Shown one piece after another: positions 53,436 to 61,028 of a DNA stretch of 64,000 nucleotides (positions are counted from its first letter, which is position 1; the number at the start of each line of letters is the position of its first letter). Origin of the DNA: Candidatus Peregrinibacteria bacterium (GTDB taxonomy: Bacteria; Patescibacteriota; Gracilibacteria; UBA1369); assembly GCA_963708185.1 (NCBI GenBank), contig OY970195.1, forward strand, positions 672,001 to 736,000. Direction: 5' to 3'. The position numbers and the translations under genes are program-made. The notes beneath the pieces were generated by a model that worked only from the letters and a program-made list of their open reading frames with translations, was not told the DNA's origin and did no database searches.

Positions 53436-53867
53436 ATGGATACATTTACGCCTGAAAAGCGAAGTCAGATCATGAGTAAAATTCGTTCCCGCGATACTTA
53501 TTTTGAAGCATCCTTCTTAAAAATACTTAAAAAAAATATAAGAAATAGATTTGAAACGAATGTTTCCGACATTATGGGCAAACCGGATGTTGTTTTTCGC
53601 CGTTACAAGCTCTGTATTTTCTTGGACAGCGATTTTTGGCACGGCTGGCAATACCCGCGCTGGAAACACCTGCTGAAAACCAGTTTTTGGACGAATAAAA
53701 TCGAAAATAACAGGCGCAGGGATAGGAAAGTCACCTCATATTTGCGAAAAAACGGCTGGACAGTTTTTCGGTTATGGGAGCATGATCTCAGGCGCAATAC
53801 TGATGCACTTATAGGAAAAATCGTTGATTTTCTTGGTCGGACTCGGCGAGGGGTAAAGAAAGATTAG
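53436..53867 (+). CDS. vsr: Very short patch repair endonuclease
   Basis: DTFT.EKRS.IMSKIRSRDT, GKPDVV, FLDSDFWHG, FW..KI..N..RD, RLWE. Confidence 0.92.
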   Translation: MDTFTPEKRSQIMSKIRSRDTYFEASFLKILKKNIRNRFETNVSDIMGKPDVVFRRYKLCIFLDSDFWHGWQYPRWKHLLKTSFWTNKIENNRRRDRKVTSYLRKNGWTVFRLWEHDLRRNTDALIGKIVDFLGRTRRGVKKD

Positions 53868-55375
53868 AGGTTATTACCCGAATCCGCTTCATTGGAATGC
53901 TTTATTAGTCTACTGTTTTGCATCAATACTTCCTTTAACTTTTTGTTTTCCTCTTCCAGCGCTTTGAGTCTCGGCAGAAAATCAACGCTGAAAACAACAC
54001 CGCCATATTTTTGAGCTACTCCATAGATTAGATCGGTCAGGCCAATAGTAATGTTTGCAACTGTCCATAAGTCTGTTTTCACATAAAGATCATCTTCATA
54101 ATCGAAAAATGGAGTTTCAAACTTTCCGTTCAGGGCATCAAATTTAAAATTTCTGTGTGCATAAACAATATTTGAATGTGCAGATGACCTGTTGATTGAG
54201 CCTTTCATGTTTTTTAAGCCAATTGAGCCAGCTTTAAAATTTTCATCAAGCCAGGCATTTCTCTTTTTTGTAAGATCTTGGGAGGGATCTAGCTGACCTT
54301 GATCGTCTAAATCGGCAAAATCTTCGATTTTTGTGTTTGCAATGGCATAAGCTGCACATGCCCCGGCTTCCAAAACTTGTCTTAAATCCATCATCGCTTG
54401 GACGTGATGGAGCCTCATAACAGAAAAAAAGGCTAACGTATGGTGTTTACGCACCTGGGAGAGAAATGCAGCAAAAATAAAGCGGTCATGATTTACCGAC
54501 TTGATAAAATCCTGTAAAAGGGCATTTGCTTGGGAGGCATTTTCATAATATCGGCCGTATTTTGATGGAGCTACAAATAAAAGATTTTGCTCGCTTTCCA
54601 TAATTTCGCCCATCGTTGAGTGCTTTATTTCAACTTCTTCTGGGAAATTCTTTTTTATCTCCGATACCTGTTTTTGATGCCATTCTTCAATTTCTTTTAA
54701 GCGATAGGGTTCAAAACGTTGTAAATGGTCAATGACAGTTGAAGTATCCTCTTTGCAGGTTTCACGTAAAGGATCGAAGCCCCATGTTTCTTCCATAGCT
54801 GCGCCGCAAATTTTTTGCATAATCTCTTCCACAATTTTAAAAAGTTCCAATATCTCGCCTGAGTTTATTTTAACTTCTTTTTTGTTTATATCGTTATGAG
54901 CAAAATATTGATCTCTCAATGTTTTTAATTTCTCTATGAGAGGTTTGTTTTTCTGAATTTCATCCTCAATCTCTATTAATTGATCGTCAGTTACATCTTT
55001 ATACGCATTTGATAGCTCTTCTACGCCAATTCGATCTTTAAAGTGTTCTTTAAAATCCGCAGCAGTAAGTTTATCCCGGTGAGCCTTAATAAATTCTATT
55101 ATCGTAAAGATCGAAAGAGGACGATCACCTTTATCAAAAAATTTTGCCAGCGTTAGCATCGCGTGGACAAATACTGCCCACTCAATAGGACCAAAAAAAT
55201 GATTGAATTTATTTATAGTTTTTACATTTTCGTCAGCTTTTTCTTTTCCTAAAAGGTTCGGTGCTTTCTCTTCCATCATTGCGTCATAGATTGCAAAGGA
55301 CATATACGCACTGGAAAGTTGATCCATGAGATTTTTTAGATGTTTTACCAAGTCAGCAAAGGGTTTTTCGTCCAT
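53864..55375 (-). CDS. HEPN/AbiU2-like protein fused to a second helical domain
   Basis: L.KFFD, RDQYFAH (Rx5H) HEPN-like motif; second domain with LRQVLEA and SAHSN. Confidence 0.6.
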   Translation of the reverse strand: MDEKPFADLVKHLKNLMDQLSSAYMSFAIYDAMMEEKAPNLLGKEKADENVKTINKFNHFFGPIEWAVFVHAMLTLAKFFDKGDRPLSIFTIIEFIKAHRDKLTAADFKEHFKDRIGVEELSNAYKDVTDDQLIEIEDEIQKNKPLIEKLKTLRDQYFAHNDINKKEVKINSGEILELFKIVEEIMQKICGAAMEETWGFDPLRETCKEDTSTVIDHLQRFEPYRLKEIEEWHQKQVSEIKKNFPEEVEIKHSTMGEIMESEQNLLFVAPSKYGRYYENASQANALLQDFIKSVNHDRFIFAAFLSQVRKHHTLAFFSVMRLHHVQAMMDLRQVLEAGACAAYAIANTKIEDFADLDDQGQLDPSQDLTKKRNAWLDENFKAGSIGLKNMKGSINRSSAHSNIVYAHRNFKFDALNGKFETPFFDYEDDLYVKTDLWTVANITIGLTDLIYGVAQKYGGVVFSVDFLPRLKALEEENKKLKEVLMQNSRLIKHSNEADSGNNL

Positions 55376-55376
55376 A

Positions 55377-56504
55377 TTAAGGTTGAGTTATTAATCGTCT
55401 AAAAAGACCAAATTTTGGACTTGCTTCAGTCATTGGAACAGTTGGGCGCATTTGACTTAAGCTTAAAATTTGGTGTTTAAAGGGGTCAAATGCATGTCCA
55501 CTACCAAAGTCTGGGCGTTTCCATTCCGCAGGAATATCACCTATAACTACATCGAAAACCTCTCTTCCAAAAAAACTTATTCTTGCGACTATCTTTCCAT
55601 CATCTTCTTTAAAGGTTATATAGAAGACAATAAATCTCATTCCCCCTCTTTCTTCCTCCAATATTGGATCGTCTGATATTTTGGTGATAATGCTTTTTAA
55701 TTCAATGTTCTTATCACCAGAAACAAAAGCCTTAATTTTGTCGAAATTTGGCGAGAAGAGTTTGTCCGCTTCTCCACCGGCTTGTGCGGAATATGATAAG
55801 TAATTGAAGGCCATTTTAGCTAGAACGGCCCCAATTTCATGATCTACAGTTATATCTTGGTTAACTTCTAAACCGCGTTTTTCTTCTCTGGCATGTTCAT
55901 TGTGAACCCTCTCGATTTCTTTATATTCAATATCAAACTCTTCTTTGAGCCACTTAATAATTTCATCCAGCCTTGAACTATCCTTTTCGGACTTAGCCTC
56001 AGCAAAAATGGACACACCACTTCTTTCTGCATATTTGTTCTTTATGTCTTCAACAAGCCTTTCGTAGTTTTTATTTTTTTTATTTTGCTTCTTCATAAGG
56101 TCAGGTAAAACCACTGTATAGCCGCCCTGTTTATCGTTTATAACTACCTGATTTGTTGGATAAAATTTTATTTCACCTTTGTCGGCTTTTAAGTTTGGAA
56201 ATTGCCCATTAAAAAGGCCGTTTTCGAGTTTGTACGAAAATGCGTTTTTAACACGATTATTATGTACTCTAATTTTTGGTTTTTCTTCGAGGTTCAACAT
56301 TTGACAAAGTATGCCTGCCGTAGAATCTGCCTTGAATTTTCTCTCCATTTTGCTGAATTTAGCATTACACTCTGCACAAACTATACCAATTAGCACGGGA
56401 TTTACCGGCTGAAATTTTCCAAGGAATCTAGGAATTACATGCTCTCTGTTAAAGTCTTCATCCCTTTGCCCTGTTTTTTTGCAATATACGCACTTGTATT
56501 CCAT
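55377..56504 (-). CDS. HNH-type (EHxxP) endonuclease domain protein
   Basis: CVYC....REHVIP.FLG......VCAECN..FS..E. Confidence 0.75.
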   Translation of the reverse strand: MEYKCVYCKKTGQRDEDFNREHVIPRFLGKFQPVNPVLIGIVCAECNAKFSKMERKFKADSTAGILCQMLNLEEKPKIRVHNNRVKNAFSYKLENGLFNGQFPNLKADKGEIKFYPTNQVVINDKQGGYTVVLPDLMKKQNKKNKNYERLVEDIKNKYAERSGVSIFAEAKSEKDSSRLDEIIKWLKEEFDIEYKEIERVHNEHAREEKRGLEVNQDITVDHEIGAVLAKMAFNYLSYSAQAGGEADKLFSPNFDKIKAFVSGDKNIELKSIITKISDDPILEEERGGMRFIVFYITFKEDDGKIVARISFFGREVFDVVIGDIPAEWKRPDFGSGHAFDPFKHQILSLSQMRPTVPMTEASPKFGLFRRLITQP

Positions 56505-56618
56505 ATTTATGCATTTAATGATCATTGCTGGGTTTATGAGCATATGCCATAAGGTCAGCTTTGACTAGCTGAAAAATGTCAGCAAAAGTATTCCAATAAT
56601 ACCAGGGTTTCATCTTAT

Positions 56619-56839
56619 AAAAAGATTCGGTGCTTCTGCGGGCAGGCAAAAAGGAGGGGGTCTGGGGGAGGAATTTTTGCCTGCCAGCCCTTTTCAGCTT
56701 AAAATTTTCTCCACGTCCGTATCCGCGCCGCCCGAAAGGCCGCGGGCGGCGCGGCCCAAGACTTCATATGAAGTCTTGGTTGTTATTTTTCGGAATTTTC
56801 TTCAAAATAAGTCCGAACCTGACGGTAAAGGCAGCTCCA
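56619..56839 (+). repeat. Inverted repeat IR2, arm b (attR arm)
   Basis: 221 bp reverse complement of 51169-51389, ending in GCTCCA. Confidence 0.95.
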
Positions 56840-56866
56840 GATACTTGTACGGCCTTAAAGCTGTTT

Positions 56867-57328
56867 TTATGTCGCCTCTTCGGCTTCATGGACGGCATTT
56901 TTGGTTTCTTCTGTTATTTTTTTGACTACCTGGGGTTGATCAATTTCAAGAACATAATGGCAACGTTCAGGGTCGTTCAAGAGTTCCGCCATTTCATCAG
57001 AAAAATTAAAATCCTCATCGAATCTGCCATTGAGCAATTTTACCGGAAACTCATGGGCAGGTTTATCATCTACAAAGAAAATTAAACGTCCTGTTGTTTC
57101 TTTCAGAGGATCATCGGCTTTGATCTGAGATTCTATTACTCTTATCCGTACGTGAATTTTGCTGTCGTACTTATCGGTTATTGCACACACGACTTTCAAA
57201 TCCTTCGTATTGGTTTGTACGGATTCGCCCGGCAAAGGAACACTTATTCCCAACTTATAGAGAGGAATTGAAGCAAGTTTTTCCTTAAAGGACTTATTTT
57301 CCGGTAATTGGGGATTATTTTCCGTCAT
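56867..57328 (-). CDS. Hypothetical protein
   Basis: 153 aa ORF just outside attR. Confidence 0.55.
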   Translation of the reverse strand: MTENNPQLPENKSFKEKLASIPLYKLGISVPLPGESVQTNTKDLKVVCAITDKYDSKIHVRIRVIESQIKADDPLKETTGRLIFFVDDKPAHEFPVKLLNGRFDEDFNFSDEMAELLNDPERCHYVLEIDQPQVVKKITEETKNAVHEAEEAT

Positions 57329-57465
57329 GGTTTTGATGAAATTTCCTCATGAATTATACCATAAATTTTAAATTCTGGCTAATAGAGAGGCTAGAAGGTT
57401 TTATGAGTTTTTTAGGCATCATCTTTCGTAACTATTTTCTTTTGACTTCCGGAAGAATGTCTTCT

Positions 57466-57491
57466 ATTATTTAACCAATTGGTTAAATAAT
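57466..57491. promoter_or_regulatory. ArsR-type operator palindrome
   Basis: Perfect 26 bp palindrome ATTATTTAACCAATTGGTTAAATAAT directly before the ATG; TTGACT upstream. Confidence 0.8.
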
Positions 57492-57494
57492 TTC

Positions 57495-57818
57495 ATGACT
57501 CAGGCCGCGGAACATCAACTCGATCTTGTCTTTCAGGCACTTGCCCATAGTGTGCGACGCTCACTGTTTCACAGGATACAACGTGAAGAGGTATCCGTGA
57601 TTGAGCTTGCGAAACCTTTTCAAACGTCTCTCGTTGCCATCTCGAAGCATCTGAAAGTTCTGGAGAAAGCGGGACTTATTCAACGGAGAAAGGAAGGACG
57701 CATGTATTATTTCAAGGCCGTCGCTCAACCGATCAACAGCGCTGAACAATGGATCGCCACGCATAAAAAGTTTTGGGATCTTCAGCTCGATGCCCTCGGG
57801 AAACATCTCAACTCCTAA
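57495..57818 (+). CDS. ArsR/SmtB family regulator
   Basis: VFQALAH.VRR, ELA.PF..S..AISKHLKVLEKAGLI...KEGR. Confidence 0.92.
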   Translation: MTQAAEHQLDLVFQALAHSVRRSLFHRIQREEVSVIELAKPFQTSLVAISKHLKVLEKAGLIQRRKEGRMYYFKAVAQPINSAEQWIATHKKFWDLQLDALGKHLNS

Positions 57819-57841
57819 TTTTATTTTTTTAATTTTATTTT

Positions 57842-58294
57842 ATGGAGAAAAAATCTCTCAAAGTGGTGAAATTTTACAAAGCTTCCCCGGCGAAAGTTTT
57901 TGCCGCCTGGTCAAGCGTTGATGAAATTAAGAAGTGGTTTGCTCCCCAACCGGGCACGACTTTGCCGATTTGTGAAGTGGATTTCAAGGTTGGAGGAAAA
58001 TACCGGATCGGTTTTGCGTCGCCGGACGGTTCGATGAAAAATCCCGACGGATCGACCCCGGTTGCAAGTGGGGAATATAAAGAAATCGTTCCGGATAAAA
58101 CGATAAAGTTTACCTGGCGGTGGGAGGCGTGGCCGATGGAAATGGGGACAACGCTCGTCACGGTTGAACTTGCTGAAAAAGATGGCGGCACGGAGCTGAC
58201 GTTAACTCACGAAGATCTTTCCAATGATGAGTCCGTTCAAAGCCATACTCAGGGCTGGAACGGCTGCCTGGAGAGTCTGGCAAAGAGTCTCTAG
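57842..58294 (+). CDS. SRPBCC/AHSA1-like protein
   Basis: A.P.KVF.AW......KWF, DFKVGG.Y, FTW.WE, GW...L..L. Confidence 0.9.
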   Translation: MEKKSLKVVKFYKASPAKVFAAWSSVDEIKKWFAPQPGTTLPICEVDFKVGGKYRIGFASPDGSMKNPDGSTPVASGEYKEIVPDKTIKFTWRWEAWPMEMGTTLVTVELAEKDGGTELTLTHEDLSNDESVQSHTQGWNGCLESLAKSL

Positions 58295-58308
58295 TCGTAA
58301 AATGGAAG

Positions 58309-58340
58309 AAAGGCCGTACTTATCACGTGCGGCCTTTTTT
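58309..58340 (+). terminator. Intrinsic terminator
   Basis: AAAGGCCGTAC-loop-GTGCGGCCTTTTTT. Confidence 0.8.
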
Positions 58341-58402
58341 GAAGGGTTCCTGTGTTTGCCATGCAGATTGATTTTCGTTGGCAAGGAGGAGATAATCCGG
58401 TT

Positions 58403-59167
58403 ATGAATGATCCATCTGAAGAAATTCAACGCGCTGCCACCGCCCACCGAAATCGGATCCGTAAAGAAGCTCAAGAAAAAGCTCACGAGAAGGCTTCCGC
58501 CGCGGATGGCAGTCCGGGGATCCTGCTGCACTCGCTCAGTGACCGTAACGGAGTAGGATTCTGGTTGAGCCATTTCGCTTTAGTCATTGGATGTATCGCA
58601 CTCGGCGGCCTGCCGTTTGTGCTGTTTCCCGGTTTGAGCGAATTGGTCTGGAACAATATGGTCCTTGCGATCGTCTGGTCACTTGCGGTCCTTTTCCTGA
58701 TCGTTGTTGCAGGTGTTTCGCGCGATCGGATTATCGCACGCTATCGTCTTATGCAGCTTCGACGCATCAAGTACGGTTTCAATCTCAAGCGCTATCTTAC
58801 ACTGCTTTCCCAGGCCCGACGCGGTGCGACACATCTGGAGATCAGCATAGAGTTTGACGAGCCGTGGGATAAAACGACGAGCCAAAATGTGCTCGATGCA
58901 GTTCACGAATGGGTTCCTGACATTGAAAAAAATGAATGGAAAAGCGATAAAGAACTGCTGCTCACTTCCAAAATTCTTCCAACAACGTACGAGGCCGAAA
59001 GTGGTGAGTTTGTAGGTTTTGGTGAATTCTTTACAAACCGCAAAATTGACGAATGTTTTGACGGGGTCGTTCGTCACGTCTTCCCACGACTGAACGCTAC
59101 GAACAAGATGACCCTCATCGAGGTTGATATAATTGGGAACATTGTCTCTCCGCATGAAAAACCTTGA
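58403..59167 (+). CDS. Hypothetical two-TM membrane protein
   Basis: Two hydrophobic helices; AGGAGG upstream. Confidence 0.6.
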   Translation: MNDPSEEIQRAATAHRNRIRKEAQEKAHEKASAADGSPGILLHSLSDRNGVGFWLSHFALVIGCIALGGLPFVLFPGLSELVWNNMVLAIVWSLAVLFLIVVAGVSRDRIIARYRLMQLRRIKYGFNLKRYLTLLSQARRGATHLEISIEFDEPWDKTTSQNVLDAVHEWVPDIEKNEWKSDKELLLTSKILPTTYEAESGEFVGFGEFFTNRKIDECFDGVVRHVFPRLNATNKMTLIEVDIIGNIVSPHEKP

Positions 59168-59822
59168 AACCTCAAAAAAAATCCGTCGTGTTGTTACAAA
59201 ACCAGGCTTGGTCCTCTTGCTTTCAAGTTTTTTGGCGTGCACATGCGTTTTCGCGTCTCCCTTGAATGACGTTTCGGATACCGGGCTGTTTTTTTCACGG
59301 GTCCTCCGGATTGTGGAATCGCTTTTCCAATGGGTTAAAATCCCCGAAGCTTCCGTGCCGTCTTCGTCGGAAATTTCCGATGAGGGTTTGACTGTCGCTC
59401 TCGACGCGGCCACGCAGTTTTCGACGGTTGCGCCGAAAGGTGCGACCAATATCACGTTTAGCTGTTGGAATTTTTCGGTTGGTTCTACCACACACCGCAT
59501 TGAAGCCCTGACGGTCCACCGCACCGGAACCGGTCCGGACAGGGATTTATCGGATCTCTACCTTTATGAGGGATATGACCGGTTGACGCCTGGACGGTCG
59601 GTGAACTCCGAGACACAAACCGTGGAATTCAAAAACATGAACATCAGCATTGAACCCGGCACAATAAGAAGAATCTGCCTTGTGGGCGGATTTTCTCCGA
59701 CGGCCGGCGTTGCCGACCAGCAGGCGTTTGGTTTGTTCTCTTCAGCGGACATTACGACCGACGCGCCCATCGTGCATGGTGATTTTCCGCAAACCGGCAC
59801 GTTGATCACGATCGCCGGGTGA
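59154..59822 (+). CDS. Secreted hypothetical protein (beta-rich surface domain)
   Basis: Signal-like N-terminus; LTV.R.G.G...DLS.LYLYEG..RLT.GRSVNS pattern. Confidence 0.6.
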   Translation: MKNLETSKKIRRVVTKPGLVLLLSSFLACTCVFASPLNDVSDTGLFFSRVLRIVESLFQWVKIPEASVPSSSEISDEGLTVALDAATQFSTVAPKGATNITFSCWNFSVGSTTHRIEALTVHRTGTGPDRDLSDLYLYEGYDRLTPGRSVNSETQTVEFKNMNISIEPGTIRRICLVGGFSPTAGVADQQAFGLFSSADITTDAPIVHGDFPQTGTLITIAG

Positions 59823-59885
59823 TAATCCCATTGATCTTTCCCCGCCATGAGCATAGACTCAGGCCCATTTCCATTAACAACCACT

Positions 59886-60245
59886 ATGTATAAATCTGAT
59901 CGAAACGGTAAATTTGGCAGTAAAAGAAACTTTGGAGGAAGAGGGTTTAACGGGTCGGGAAGAACTGTCATGCATAAGGCGGTATGCGATGAATGCGGCA
60001 AAACCTGCGAAGTCCCCTTTAAACCGACCGGCGACCGGCCCGTTTACTGTAATAACTGTTTTAAGAAGAATGAAAACGGTGATTCAAGGCGACCGCAGCG
60101 AGATGATCGGAAAAACTATGACGGAGGCAAGCGGACCGATCAATATCAGGAACAGTTTGCCATCATCAACTCCAAACTCGACGAAATTCTGGAGGCGTTA
60201 ACGAATATCGCCGAAGAAGAGGATGATAACGGCGATGAGGCGTAG
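59886..60245 (+). CDS. CxxC-x17-CxxC zinc-binding domain protein
   Basis: MHKAVCDECGK.CEVPFKPTGDRPVYCNNCF. Confidence 0.9.
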   Translation: MYKSDRNGKFGSKRNFGGRGFNGSGRTVMHKAVCDECGKTCEVPFKPTGDRPVYCNNCFKKNENGDSRRPQRDDRKNYDGGKRTDQYQEQFAIINSKLDEILEALTNIAEEEDDNGDEA

Positions 60246-60340
60246 GCTCCGGCGTTGATTCATCACGATGGAGAATGGTTTGCAAAGATACCCGGGATAG
60301 GGTATTTTTTGCTAACCTTCGCCATTTTTTGCAAAACCAT

Positions 60341-60954
60341 ATGCATTCTCCAGATACATTCAAAGCGCTTCTCGTCGACGATTCGTCGGGAACGATCGAA
60401 ACGACCGAGGCCATCCTCTCCCTCTTGTATATCGACTGTATCACGGCCAGTACGGACTCGAAAGCTCTTGAAATTCTTCAGGGACCATTGAGGAACGACG
60501 TCGGGTTTGTGGTTACCGATCAAAATATGCGTGAAGATATAACCGGTTCACGACTGCTTCAGTTGATGCGTTTATCCAGTGAAACTGATGGAATCCCAGG
60601 CGGAATACTTACCGGAGATATGATGGGTTCAGAGGACCGAGAGGAAGAGGACCCATCGCCAATTTCGTCATCAGAAAAGACACCGATCTGAACAGGGTTT
60701 TTCCCAAAGTTATCGCTTTTGCCCGCGTCGCCAAACGTCAGAGGAACAGTTCAAAACAAGATCCCGCAGGGCTGGTCTCAAAACTTTCAGTACTTGATGA
60801 TTCCTCTTTCCGGCATGCAGATATGGTATTGGCTCCTGAAGATCGAAAGAGCGTGGAAGAGTTCCGGACGATGGTGCGCAGAGAATTGCTCGAAAGATTT
60901 TTACTGCCGCACGACATCAGGAAAATGCTCAAAGATGCTTTACCAAAGTCTTGA
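60341..60954 (+). CDS. Response-regulator receiver-like protein, frameshift at ~60635-60652
   Basis: LLVDD, VVTDQNM, ILTG; continues in another frame as PIANFVIRK (conserved Lys). Confidence 0.65.
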
Positions 60955-61028
60955 GAAGCCCTTCCGCAAGAAAAGTTTGCTTTCTTCCTAATATATTTTA
61001 TACTTCGGACGCACATCACTGATTTTCC

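Larger units (their letters stand above)
49430..56839. mobile_element. Serine-recombinase integrative defence island in the tRNA-Gly 3' end
   Basis: GCTCCA core at 49430-35 and 56834-39; the internal junction copy defines both ends; AT-rich cargo. Confidence 0.88.
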
